Source of the DNA: Monocercomonoides exilis PA203
Taxonomy: Eukaryota > Protista > Preaxostyla
Direction of reading: 5' to 3'
Length of the DNA stretch: 64,000 nucleotides
Assembly (NCBI GenBank): GCA_001643675.2
Contig: LSRY02000043.1
Span: 310,001 to 374,000, forward strand
Part shown: in pieces, positions 38,195 to 51,891 of the stretch
Numbering within the stretch: position 1 is the stretch's first letter
Layout of the letters: each line of letters opens with the position of its first letter
Program-made: the position numbers and the translations under genes
Notes under the pieces: generated by a model
What the model was told of the DNA's origin: nothing
Database searches by the model: none
What the model saw: only the letters and a program-made list of their open reading frames with translations

Positions 38195-41100
38195 ATGAGT
38201 CGTACATAAACGAATATATTTGATTCACATTAATACAAAATTTACTTGTTCTTATCAAACCTAATTTTGATCGCGATATAAATAATTTTCTTTTTTCGTT
38301 TGATGATAGGTGCCCAATGCCGCTTTGAACAGCCTGCTGGCTATTCAACTTTTGATCTTTTATCTAGCTTATCATACGAAGCAAAGCGAGTATATGAGCT
38401 TGAAGTGCAGAAAAATAAATTTCTCCAAAATGATAACAAAGTTAGTTGATTACCATTGTTGTTTTTTTAGTGAGCACAATTTTTTTGAACATTATCAATT
38501 CGTTCCTGATTATATTCACACTATTTTATTATGTGAAATACTCGCTAGGAGTTAAAAGATACCATACAGAAACTGAAAAATCAATTTGAAGAACAAACAA
38601 AAACATATGCTGAAACTGTTTCATCATTAAAGACTGCTTTGTCTATTCAAAGGTATGCTGATTTCTTCTATTAATTTTAAGTAATATTCTTTTACTGCGT
38701 TTGTTTCCTTTGGATTTTTTGTTGTTAAAATTACGTTTAGGCTAAAATCTCATTCTCAAAATGTAAATGACGAAATTCCATCACTATCAACCCTTTTAGA
38801 ATCCATACTTCAGTGTGTTATTTCTCTTTGCTTTTAAAACGAATTCATGTTTTGTATTTATTTAAGATATTTTTGTAATTTGGGATTTCCTCAGTCTGTT
38901 GCTCGTACTCATGCGATTGCGCTATTTGGTGATATATCCACAACAGTCATAACACCTGTTTTTGGACCAGAGCGTGTGCAAGCAGAACAAAAACTCGTTT
39001 TATCAACGAAAACTGTTGAATGGGAACAGCTACCCCATTCAACCTCATCTCAGATTTCTCCTGTTACCTCACATGTCACAATCAATATCCCAACCTCTCC
39101 AGTATTCACCACACATTCTGCATCTCAGGCACTTCAACTGACTTCTCCGCATCTCACAACCTCATCCTCTTCAAACCAAGTCTCGCCCTCTCTTACAACT
39201 CCTCCCCTGACTCCTCCAGCTTTTCTCACACCACCAGACACACCACCCACACGAAGTTCAGCAGACGTGCAAAACAGCACTTCTCTGTTAACTTCATCAT
39301 CATCATCATCATCTTCTTCTTCATCGTTAATATCTTCTGCCCCAGCTTCATTGACAAGCTCCATCCAGCAGCATATGACACCCTTGCAGCAGCTCACCCC
39401 GTTAGACCGTCTGTCTGCTATTTCTATCGATGCAGCGTCTCAATCAGCATCTTCCGAAAGCTGCGACAGCACCTGGGCAAGTTCCAGCTCAAAGTCCAGT
39501 TCTGACCCTAGTTCCAACTCCAGTTCTGGTTCCAGCTATGATCCCAGCTCTAATTCAGCATCAAGCTCATCTTCGAGTTCTGGCTCTGTCTCTGCTTCAA
39601 ACACAGGATCAATCTACAGTTCTGATCAGTCAACCACAAAGAAGCCAGAAGGGACGGGTGCTTCTTCTGCATTCTCTCTGTTTCCAGGTGTCTCTTCAGT
39701 CAAACAGGCTGATGTGAACTCGGCCGACAGCAGCTCCTCTGAGTCGCCTTCTGCGGGCTCTTCGAAGAATACGCTGTCATCACAAACAATTTCTCCTTCT
39801 CTTTCTTCTCTTTCTTCTTCTTCGACTTCTCCTTCTCTTCAGCCCACCACTCCACACTCCAATCCTTCTTCTCCCTCCACTCAGCCTTCTCTTCAATCTC
39901 CTTCTCTCTCTCCTTCTCTCTCCTCTTCCTCTTCCTCTTCCTCTTCCTCTTCCTCTTCCTCTTCCTCTCCCTCTCCCTCTCTCCCCCCCCCTCTCTCTTC
40001 TTCCAACTCATCCTCCTCTTCCCCCTCCTCTTCCTCCTTCTCCTCTTCTCAGTTCGCCAACGCCTCTTCCGAGCCCTTTGACTTGCCTGACTTTGCTCGT
40101 GCTGATCGCGCTGCCTCTTTCCTTCAGGCTTCTCTTCTCTCTGCAAACTCCTCCACACTCCCTCAGCCCACTTCCCCCGTACCTCGCTCCCCTTCATTCA
40201 CTTTATCGCCTGCGAAGAGCAATTCTCCGCCGGTTTCTCCATCTGCGTTGGCTTTGGGCTCATCATCATCATCATCTTCTTCTTCTTCTTCTTCCTCTTC
40301 CTCTTCTTCCTCTTCTTCCTCTTCTTCTTCTCAAGCAATTTCTTCTGATGAAGCAAGCCTTCATCAGAGCAATGACACCAAATCATTGAACAAGAGCGGA
40401 GAAAGTGCACAAGCAATGCCGATGGCGTCTGAACAGACAGGCAAACAGAAAAATGGAGAGGTTGAAGCTGTTGTTATGCAGAGTGGGATTTCAAATGAGC
40501 AGAATGCAATCAACAGCAGCAGGCCAGTAGTGCTGCAGGCATCTGATCAAACGAATGTTGCTTCTTCTTCTTCTTCTTCATTATCTCCTTCTCCTTCTTC
40601 TGTTTCTTCTTCTTCCTCCTCCTCTTCCTCAGAACAACCAGCCCCCGACCGCTTTTCCACTGTCTTGATCGAGTCAGTGAAGCGCACCTCATCAGAAACA
40701 GGCATTCCATCCTCTGCTCTTCAAAAGGCCCCTTCCTCTGCCACGCAGCCCCTTCTCTTCCGCGAATACCTCTCCTGCCAAACTCCCCAGCTCTCCTTCT
40801 CTTCTGCCTCTCTCCAGCACCATTTAGCTTCTATTCGTGATGTCAGCTTCCACCCGAATGCTCTTTTGCTTCTGATCTCTTCAATGGATGGCACATCTTC
40901 ATTGTGCGACATCACAAGCACTACAAGAGCAGCCACACGCTCTCATCGCGCAGAATCCGACGGATCTTCTATGTCTTCTAGTTCTTCTCAGCGTTCTTCT
41001 TCTTCCTCATCTTCCTCCTCCTCATCATCATCATCTTCTTCTTCAGGATCAATGTCTTCTTCTCACCGAAGGGACATTATTGAGCCTGTAGCACTGTTTC

Positions 41101-43545
41101 GCCCGTCGTATTCAATCACTTCGGCATCTGCTGTCCGCTCCCCAATCATCCCAGCTGTCTCTTCGTGTCTTTCTCCTTCTTTTATCCCTCCTCTGTTGAA
41201 TTCTTACTCTTCTCCTTTCTCCTTTGCTCCTTCAAGTGTGTTATCTTCTTCTGTGTTCTCTACAGGCGATGATCTAAGCTCAGGTGGCTCTTCCAATTCT
41301 TCTTCTTCTTCTTCTTCTTCTGGAAGTGGAAGTGGAGGAGGAGGAGGAGGAGGAGGAGGAGGAAGTATGAATGGAAGTATGAATAGCAGCATTCCTTCTC
41401 TTTTAGCCCCTCAGCAATCATCAATAGCACCCCTGACAAACATCCTTGCTGCGAACACTGGAATTCCACCGCAAAAGTTTCGCCGGCGGAGAAATGGCGT
41501 GTTTTGCTCCACTTTCCTTCCGTCGCTGGTGACAGCGTTGGATGAGAAGAGAGAGAGAGAGAGAGAGAGAAGTGGAGATGGGAGCAGAGGAGGGGATTAC
41601 AGCAGAAGCGGAAAGGGAGAGGACAGAAGTCGGAGATCGTCTTCGGGGATAAACGGAGAAACCTCGTCGTGTTCCTCCTCCTCCTCCTCTTCTTCTTCTT
41701 CTTCTTCTTCCTCGTCTTCTTCTTCATCGAAGACGAAGACACTGGGCTGCTTGGCACAAGGAGGAGAAGACGGGATGATACGAATCTATGCGCTTCCAGA
41801 CCCGAAATATCGTGTGATGGATCCACACGGCTGCTTGTCTTCTCTGAAGCTGTATGAACTGAAGGGGCACAGGGATGTTGTGTATTCGATTGCAGAGAAG
41901 AGAGAAGGAGGAGGAAGTGGAAGTGGAAGCGGTGGCAGTAGTAGTGGCAGTAGCAGTGGGAGCAGCAGCGGCGGTGGGAGTGGGAGTTTTGTGGGCTCCT
42001 TCGACCACTCGTCCTCTGGATATGGCTCGTCTCTCTCATCCTCTGCATTATCTGCTGCTGTTTCTTCTTCTTCATCTCCATCTTCTGCCTCTTCTCTGTC
42101 CTCGTTCACGTCACAGTCCACACTCATCGTCTCTTCCTCTGCCGATGACACCGTCCGCGTCTGGCGAGTGTCTGGCAAAGTTCCCTTTTCAGCCCAGCCT
42201 CCGCCTTCCCCCGGGAGCAGCTTAACGGCTTCATTGGCACAGCGCTCCTCAAGCTTTACTTCTTCACAGACATTGGGGGCAAGATCGCCTTCTTTCTCGT
42301 TCGGTGGCTCCCCTACTGCCTCTTCTCCTTCGTCCCAGTCGTATGTGGGAGAGATCGCATCGTTCACACACTCGCCGTCAATTTCGCTGTTTTCTTCTTC
42401 TAATTCTTCTTCTTTCTCCTCTTCTTCCTCCTCCTCCTCTTCTTCTTCCTCTCCTTCTTCTTCCATGGGGAGTGTGTTAGATACTCCAGTGACTGCCTTC
42501 TTCCACCCAACAGTTGGATCACGTGTGGTGGCTGGTTATGTCTCAGGAGATGTTTGTGTCTATGATGTCATTGCTGGAAGGAGAATGTGCCATACATCGA
42601 CAGCTAATATGGATGTGTGTTGATGTTATTATTATTGTTGAATATACATTTTTTTTTCGAATTTTAAATGGAAATTGTTATGTTTATTTATTTTATTTAT
42701 TTATTTATGTTTAATGTTTTATTTATTTTAACAAAAAAATTTATTGTTATTATTATTATTCTAACCTATTTAATTTCTTTCTTTTCTCTTTCTCTCTCAT
42801 ACCCCCCAGCAATCCACCTACTTCCGCTTCCCCTCGCGCATCGTGTCTCTCACTCCTTCCTCTTCCCACCACAGCCTCTCTGCCCCGTTCATCGCCACCA
42901 CTGCCGACGGCTCGCTGCATCTGATTGACCAGAACAGCTGCACCGTCACAAACACAGTGAAAAGAGCACATTCTTTGCCCCCTTCAGACATTTATTCCCC
43001 TCAACAGCCGTCGATTTATTCCGCAACTGGCTCCACTTTCTCCCCGACGCTGGCCCAGACTCGGCCGATTGTGATGTCTGCGTGTTATTCGTCGTCATCA
43101 CTGATCTTTTTGACGGCGGGGAATGATTGCTCGATTAGAATATGGGACAGAAGGAACTTGTCGCAGCCGTTTTGCTCAGTTGTATGTGGGATGGATGAGT
43201 GTTGAATTTAGAATAGAAAAATAATTTTTTATTTTTATTTTATTTTATATGAATTTTTTATTGTGGAATTTGAAATTTATTATGTGAATGTTTGTTTTGT
43301 TCATTAATGTTATAATTATCATTAAATTATTTGCTTTCACTTTCTTTATTCATTTTTCTATTTTGTAATTATCTTTCTTTCCATTTTCTCATAAAAAAAA
43401 ATTCCCCTTTTTTAATTAGGTTACCAACCACAGACCTATTTTTGATGAGGGTATCACGAAGATATTGATGCATCCAGCAATGCCTGTTTTGGTCTCTGCT
43501 GGCGCTGACGGCACTGTACAGCTCTACTGTCATCCATTCAGATAA
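38195..43545 (+). CDS. STRN: Striatin (STRIPAK scaffold, PP2A B''' subunit)
   Basis: N-terminal coiled coil (YSTFDLLSSLSYEAKR...LKTALSIQRLK), 'ILQYFCNLGF' (cf. LLRQYLQEVGY) and WD40 motifs LQHHLASIRDVSFHP, IEPVALFR, GGEDGMIRIYALP, LKGHRDVVYSIA, SSSADDTVRVW, TAGNDCSIRIWD, HRPIFDEGITKILMHP..SAGADGTVQLY. The 7-nt first exon is tentative. Confidence 0.85.
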
Positions 43546-44106
43546 AACCTTGTTTGAATTCAATTTATTAAATATTTGAGAAAATTTGAAAAGATGGTTA
43601 AAAAAATAATTTTTTTGTTAATTTTGAACGAAAAAATGAAATTATAAAATTTTGGAAAATAAAGGAAAACAAAATATTATTGTTTATTTTTGGTTTTGTG
43701 TTTGTTTTTTTGACTTTCCAAACACATCTTGTATTTGTGCTATTTTCTTTAATTATAATACTTTTTCACTTCATTTTTACTTTTTGCCGTTGTAAATTAT
43801 TATTTCATAAAGACTTAAAATGCATTTGAGAAATTATAAAACATTTTTCCCCCTCGTTTTCGACTATATCGTTTAAAGGAAGTGTTTTTGTAACTTTTTA
43901 GAGAGATTTTTAGATTTGAAAACAATTGATTCAAAAAGTCATTTTAAACTTGTTTTCAGAAATGAAACTGGAAATTTTTTTTGAAAAAAGGAAAATGATT
44001 TTCTGTAAACAAAGCCAGAAAAAGATATTTTCTTAATAATTCTTTTTCTTTTTTTGATGGTTTTTTGATCTAAGCCATTTTAAGTTAAAGAGAATTATTT
44101 TCGAGA

Positions 44107-47018
44107 ATGGATCAAATTTCAGAAAAGATACAAGCAATAGAAAATGCTTCTGGATATCGTCTAACATGGAGTACGCTTCCTCAAGACAAGGAGCAGGCAG
44201 TAAAACTTTCTGTTCCATGTTCGGTTGTGTATACACCTCTCAAACCTCTTGAAGAAACCCAAACTACAACTGAAGAACCAATAATATGCCAAAAGTGTGG
44301 AGCTTTCATGAACGGAAAACAGTTTTGTGAAATTTTATTTTTTGCTCGAGTATTTTAACAAAATTTTTTATTTCAAAATCAGTGGTTTTGCTTTTGATAA
44401 ACTTCTTTATGTATGCGCTTTTTGCCAAGAGCATCAGCGCCTCCCTCAACGCTATCAAAAGTATTCTCAGCAAGCACCTCCAACTGAACTGAAGAATGAA
44501 ACTTATGAATGTTTTCTTCCAACTCATACTCGGAGAAGCCCAACAATTGTTTTGGTTCTGGATACTTGCGTTAAAAGTTCTGACTTTGAAGCATTAAAGC
44601 TTCTTCTTAAAAAATGCGTTCAATTTTTCCCTGCTGAGTTTAATATCGCTCTAATCACTTTCGGAAAAATGATCAGGGTTTATGATCTATCTCAATCCAC
44701 TCTTGTTCGTTCATTTGCACTTTCTGGAACTGCTCAATATACTCCTGCTCAATACAGTTCTATGCTTGGATTACAAGGAACCGCAACATCACGTGGGCGA
44801 GTTATTTGCCCAACTTCAGAAGTTCTTCTCAATCTTGATACAATTCTTTCCTCTTTAACGTGCGATCCTTATATCCCATCTGAAGGCGAGCGTCCCTTGA
44901 GATGCACAGGCGCAGCACTGCAAGCGGCTATTGGCATTTTGGATGCGATGGAGCACACTGGTGGAGAGGCGCCAGGCCAAGTGAACGGAGGCGGGCGTGT
45001 GATGCTGTTTGTGGGAGGTCCCTGCACAATGGGGCCTGGACAGGTTGTGTCTGAGTCTCTGACAGAGAAGATGAGGCAGCACTCGAATATCACCACAGAG
45101 ACGAATGTGCCGTTTGTGAAGAAAGCGACGGAGTTCTACACGCGCCTGGGGACGCAGGCAGCGACGAGCGGCATCGGAGTGGATGTGATGATGGGCACGA
45201 TGGACCAGCTGGGCTTCTACGAGATGCGGCAGATGTGCGAGCTGAGCGGCGGTGTGTCCTGCCTGTGCGACTCGTTCTCGTCCTCGCAGTTTTCGCTGAC
45301 GGTGCAGAAGATGTGGGATCGGGGCGAGTGCACTGCTGCGGACCTGGACATGGCCTTTGCACCGACTGTGAGGGTGCTCCTCAGCCAGTCGCTTGCTCTC
45401 AATGGGTGCTTGGGCCATGTGTCTCCCATGACTTATGCTTCATCCTCTTCTCCTTCTTCCTCTTCCTCGCCTTCTTCTGTCATCGCATCTACGTTCTCGT
45501 CAGGACCACGCAATGATGATCCACGAAAGCCATCGATTTCGTCTATTGTTATTGGAAAAGGAGGGACGAATGTGTGGCGTGCAGGCACAATGGACTCGAA
45601 CTCGACTTTGTGCTTTGTGTTTGAGCCGAAAGCGAACAGCGAGTCAGACAGAAGCACTGCCACAGCTCCGGTGATGCAGATTATCACGAATTATATTCTG
45701 CCAACTGGGCAGAGAGTGATCAGGGTGACGACTATTTCATTCAAGTATGTTGTAGTTTATCTTCTTCTTTTTATCAAAATGATTCTCATTATTTAATTCT
45801 TTTGTTCTTTTGTTCTTTTGTTCTTATAATCTTTTCTTTTCTTTTCTTTTCTTTTTTCCTTTCAGCTGGGCTGGAGATCTGAACCGCCCTGCTTTGCATC
45901 AACTGTGCCCATGCCAGCAAGTGATGGAGAATTCATTTGATGCTGAGTGCGCTGCGTGTGTGATTGCGCGTATTGCCTGTGAGAAAGCAGAGACGCAGAA
46001 TTCGTTTGATGTGCTGAGGTGGATCGACCGTCTGCTGATTAAACTGGTTTGGAGAGGTGAATGGGAATTGTGTTGCTGATGTTATTTGGCTGTTTCAAAA
46101 TTGAATGGAACTTATTTTAAATTGTTATGTGATGTTACATATTGTTTTATTTCTTTTTTTTTTTAAACTTTCCTTCATTTATCCGTTTTCTCAACTCTAT
46201 TTTTCTCTTTCTCTTTCTCTTTCTTTCTTCCAAAGACCTTCTTTTTTGCCCACATAATCCCAACAGCCTCAGCCACCATAGCCACTGCCGCCACCCCAGC
46301 ATACTCCCCCAGCGAGCCCCAAGTTCGAATGTCCCTTCCTCCTTCCTTTGTCCTCTTCCCCCAGTTTCTCTTCTACCTCCGCCGCTCCCGCTTCCTCCGC
46401 GTCTTCAACCACGCCCCCGACGAAACCGCCTTCTTCCGCTCGTGGATGATGCGCGAGACTGTCTCCAACATGATGGTGATGATCCAGCCAAACCTCTCTG
46501 CTTTCTCTCTGAAGACTCCCGAGCCCACCTACGTTCTCCTCGACACCTCATCCATCAAACCAGACGAAATCCTGCTTCTCGACTCCTTCTTCCGCATCAT
46601 CATCCACAACGGAGAAACTATCGCTGCCTGGCGCGAACAGGGATTCCACAAGCTCCCCAACCACGAGAACTTCGCGCGATTGCTCCAGTCGCCCATTGAA
46701 GAGGCGCAGCAGATCTTAACTGACCGTTTTCCTTCTCCTTCTGTCCTTGTCTGCGACCAGAAATCGTCTCAGGCGCGTTTCCTCATTTCACTCCTCAACC
46801 CGTCGCAGTCCAAAGGGCAGGGCGCACAGGGCGAAGGGCAAGGGGCATCAGCAGCATCGCAGGCAAAGGGCGCACCGCCTGCAGGGAGCAGCTATCAGCA
46901 GTTTATGTACGGCACGGGGGAGCAGGACGATGCGATTGGCACGTTTTCGGAGGATATTTCGCTGAAGCAGTTTTTGGACCATTTGAGGAAGATTGTGCTG
47001 CAGCAGTTTAAGCAGTAG
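44107..47018 (+). CDS. SEC23: COPII coat protein Sec23
   Basis: Four exons: [17 protein letters not shown], Zn finger [88 protein letters not shown] (GAP arginine finger), [14 protein letters not shown]. Confidence 0.96.
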
Positions 47019-47740
47019 GGACGGATGTTGGTTGTGCTGTTAATCGAAATTATGTTTTTTCTGATGTTAATCGAATGTAATTTTTTGCATTTACTTGAGG
47101 AAATAGTTACAAGTTGAGTTGAAAAAATAGATTGTTTGTTTGTTTTTCGTTGTTATTTGCGTTTCTTTTTTTATGGAGGCATTTGAAGATTGAAGGAAAA
47201 TAATCATTGTTTGTTATTTCTCAGTTGAAATCAGAAACCCCAAAAATAAATTGAACAAAAAAGAAAATAAAATTAAGCCTTCAATTAATGTTTCAGAATA
47301 TCAATTTTCTATTAAAGAAGTTTTCTGAGTTATAAGACGCAAATGCATTCTTAAAACCATAAGAAATCGAATGATGATGGAGCTTTTGAAAAATGTTAGA
47401 AATAAAAATCATAAAAAATTGCCATTTATAATTTATAACAGTAGCAAACTATCTATTTGCAGATGAAGTGATATGGGGTGTGGAGTGCTCTTTTAACTGA
47501 AGATTTTCTAAGAAAATCTGTCTTCTATGTAAAAAAAAACTGAAAAACTGGGAAAAGACACACAAAAACATAAACTGAAACTGGAAAAGCGCAAAAAAAT
47601 AATTGTAATAAATAGACTATAACAAAACAATATACCACAACCGAATATACGTTCAATGAATAAAAATAAATTAAATTTAATTAAAAAGAAAAAATGAAAA
47701 TTTAAAAAAATAAACAAAACAAGTGAAAAAAATACTAATT

Positions 47741-48464
47741 TCAAGACGAGAAGGACGAAGAAGAAACTGGAGGTGAAGCGGATATTATATCTGCAGAAGG
47801 GCAAGGCCTCACAAATGGCGATTGGGAAAACGGGACCAGCTGGTCAGTTGAACCAACCAGAACAGAAGAAGGCTGAGAAAGAGACAAAGAAGGAGAATCC
47901 GAAGAAGAAGAGGATGAAGAAGGCGAAGACGAAAACGAGAAAGTTGGAGGAGACGAGAAGAAAGGGAAAGAAAGTGTGGGATCCTGCAGTGTTGTGAAAG
48001 GTGTAAAAGAAGATGAGCCAAAGGAAAGAGATGATGAAGTGTTTGGAGAAGGCAGAGAAGCAGAGAAATGCTGAAACGAAGCATCAGGAATGGCAGATGA
48101 ATCAGCAGAAGCAGCAGTTTCCGGCAGGACTGAAGGAATTGGATCGCAATTCAACGAATTACACAAAGATTTTCCAGACAGCCCATTTTTCGTCAATGTG
48201 TCATTTCTGTCATCTTGACTTGATTCAAAATTGGTATCAACAGCAGAAGAATCACTTTGAGTTGTGTTTGTTTGACTCTTTTGCTGTTCTTCTCGAAGTG
48301 TCTGTTGATTGTCAGTTGAAGGCGATGAACGCTGCTGCTGAAGAATTATGGGAATTCTTTCGTTGATGGTAGATGCTGGGGCAGAATGTTGTTGTGAAGA
48401 GGAAGGTGAGGAAGAAGAAGAGGAAGAAGAAGAAGATGATGATGATGAAGATGAAGAAGAAGAA

Positions 48465-48497
<33 letters not shown>

Positions 48498-50692
48498 AGA
48501 GGTGGTGGTGGAAAAGAAGAGAATGAAGAAGAAGAAGAAGAGGAGGAGGAGGAGGACGAAGGTGAAGGGAATGGCATTGAAGAAAGTTGCTGTAATTCCA
48601 ATGATGACTGAGATGGAATGGTGTATGAAGAAGAAGGAGTCAACGCAGAAGGAGAAGAGGAAGAGGAATTCGTTGACAATGACGATGCAAATGACATGAA
48701 AGAAGGTGGAAATGCAAAAGAGCCTGAGGAAGATGGAGAAGAGGCAGAAGAGGAAGACTGCATTGCATTTGCTGTTTGAAAGCCCAGAGCATTCGTCTTC
48801 CAGTCGTTTTTCTCGCAGTTCTGCTCAAACAGCCCGCTGTACTTCCTCATTTCCTCGCTCCCCTTCCGGACAGCTCCAGCTACAGAGCCAGTGCCAGAAC
48901 CAGAGCCAGCACCCGCGCCAAACCCGAAGTTTTGCAGAAACGGATTCGCATACGACGCCTCGCTGGGATACGACCGAAGTGTCAGCCCCTCTTCGCCCCG
49001 GTCTCGTCCCTTCTCTCTCTCCTGCTCCCTCCCTTTTTCCATGCGCTCCTTCGCATCTTCTCTTTCTCTCCACCGCTCTTTCTCTTCCCGCTCTCGCTCC
49101 TCCCGCTCCTTCTCCCGCCGCTTCCGCTCTTTCCCTTTCAGCCCCATCAGATAGTCGAAGAACATAATGACTGCTATCTTCGTCTTGATCAGCTGGATGT
49201 TCGGCTTCACTCGCTTCTGCCGCAGGTTCTGCTCGCGCGTCTGGCAGCGCGCACAGCAATAGGGCGACTTTGTGAGGAAAGAAAGAGAAGAAGAGGAGGA
49301 AGAGGAAGAAGATGAGGATTGCAGAGATGAACAGTAGCCGTCATCGTACTGTCCGTATTCTCCTTGCATCGCATCGTAGTCGCTTCGCTTTCTTCTGCCA
49401 CTCTTCTTTTCGTTTCGCTCTTTCTCTCTCCGGTCTCCTTTCTCTCCTCTTTCCCTCTCCCGCTCTCCCGCACCGTATCCAATCTCGTTCCATTCACCTC
49501 TCCATAGAATCATCCAGCACTCGCGGTTGGCGCAGAATATTCCCCTCTTCAGCCCAGGGCCCCCAAACTTCCGATACACTTGGGAAGGGCGGACACGACG
49601 AGAGGAGGACGAGGAAGATGAGGAGGAAGAAGAGCCTGATATATTCTGGTTGGGAAATGTGGAAGAGAATGAATATGAGGAAGGTGAAGGTGACTGAGGA
49701 GATGGCAGAGCAGGAGAAAAATGATAGTGTGGTCGAAGTGTTTGATGTGATTGTAGAGAAAGAGAAGATGAAGAGTTCACAGGTGCGTTTGCCTGCGCAA
49801 AGTCAGATGGATTTCCGAGATATGGATATATCGCATCGTGTGATGAAGGCAATGAAGTGGCAAGAGAAGAAGAACGAGTGAAATTGCGTTTTTCTCTTCG
49901 AAGTGATCCTGAATAGCAATCAAGTGCTGTTCTTTCTGGAGAAAACAAGTTGCAACTTTCTCCTTCCGCTTCTGCCATTCTTTTTCTTGTATTTATCAGA
50001 GATTTGTTTTCTTTCAAATTGCTTTGATCCCGTTCTTCCTTATCCTCGTTCATTCCCATTTTTGAAGTTACATTTTCTATTTCTTTCACCCTTTTGTTTT
50101 GCATCGTCCATTCTTCTTTTTCTTCTATGCAATCGTCAACTTCAGCTATTTCGCAATCCAATCTCTGTGTTTCTCTGTCTTTTCTATTTGCAATAATTTG
50201 AGAATCTTCAACATTCAAATTTCTGCAAGTTGTTTCTGCAAATGTTTGTATGTTAAGAGGATTTGATGGCGGTGCAGAAAGAAAAGTGGATGGAGATGAT
50301 GTTGAAGCACCAAGATTTTGTGATGTGTCAAGAAATGAAAAAGACTGTTTTGATTGGGGTGCTCGAACAAAAGGAGGTGAAAACGAAGGTAAAAATGGGG
50401 ATATAGGCAAAGTATTAATATTTGTCGAAATGATTTGGCTAGACTCCATTGTTGCAGGCGATTGAAATGAAGGGAAAGATGGGGGCGAAAAGAAAGGCTG
50501 AGAAAAAAAGAAAGTGGAAGGCGTCCAAATAAATCGAGATGGAGAAGGTGTTTGTGAAGAAGTGTTGATTGATGAAGTCGATTGAAATGAATTCATCTGT
50601 TCCTGTTGAGATTGCATATCTTCTGTCAATTGTTCACGGGATGAATCATCTGTAAGTCTTGCTTCTTCTTGAGAAATAGAAAATAAACTCAT
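47741..50692 (-). CDS. Hypothetical 983-aa low-complexity protein with a central split Cys4-type zinc-finger-like module
   Basis: Single long ORF. Globular core: YRKFGGPGLKRGIFCANRECWMILW...[insert]...SPYCCARCQTREQNLRQKRVKPNIQLIKTKIAVIMFFDYL. Confidence 0.65.
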
Positions 50693-51891
50693 CCCCCCGT
50701 TGAGAAAATGATAGGGATATTCAACAGCTGTTTAGAAACAGTAAAAAATAGTATAATAAAGTTCGTAGTTGTAAAATTAACAATGAAAATCATATAAAAG
50801 TATTTCTCTCAAACAAATAAGATAGAGCAAATAGAATAAAATGACTTTTCTCCAAATTTTAGCCAATTTTTCATCATTTTCATTTTTACTAAAAAATTGT
50901 ATTCAAAAATTTTTGTTACTTTCTGATCAAACATGGTTATTACAAAGAATCTGAAACTTCTTTTATTAAAATAAAGAAATACTTTATACAATATATCGAT
51001 TCAAAATAGTTGATATCTGAAAGTGAGAATTATCACTCATTTTCTTGAAGGTGAATTAATTGGAAGGCTAATTCACAAATTTTTTTAAAAAAAGTTTCTT
51101 TTAATTTTGAATAAGTTCTGTATTAACCTTTATGATTGCATTAGAGCTTAGCTTTTTAATAAGGATTTATTTTTCATCTTTGTGATATCTTTTTAATTTA
51201 TTAAATGGACACAATCCAACATTTCTTCAATAAATTGTCAATCAATCAATGAATACGACTGAAAATTCTGAAACTATCTCTCAGAATATGTTTTAAAAAG
51301 ATTTCGTTTCCTTTTCATATCCATTTTCCTTTTGTTTTTTGAAAATCTTTCTTTTATCTTCGTCGATAATTATATTTTGATTTTTTCGAAGAGATTCCAG
51401 ACTTTTCTGTAAAAACTTTTCAATAGCTTTATATGCATTTCACAGAATCATTTGCGATCCGACAAAAAAAAAAGAAAATTCTGTGTCTTGCTGTGTCCTT
51501 TCTATATCCGTGGCTGCTTACTCTTTTTAGAAGCGTTTTTTCACTCAAGCTCTCAACAAAAAATAATTTGTTTTTTTTTTTTTTTTTACAAATACAAACA
51601 AGTTAAAAATTTTCTTTTCATGAGGCGCAACAAGAAGTTAACTTTTGAATAACTTTTTTTTCTTTTTGATATCAAGAAATCTTATTAAAAAAATGAAAAA
51701 GATTGAAACCCTTAATATTAATATAAATGGTCAATGGGACAACTTTTTTCCATTTCTTCCCGAAAATCACATGAGGTTGGAGCTGCTTCGTCTTCGTTTT
51801 CCAAAGAAAATACATCGTTTGCGCTTAATCATTTTCCTTCTTTTTGAAGCACTTTGCCATGCAGACTGAACATACCATTTTAATAATTAGG

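Noticed and set aside
44855-45516. Several long overlapping ORFs within the SEC23 second exon
   Set aside because: A by-product of locally high GC; the sense frame is clearly Sec23.
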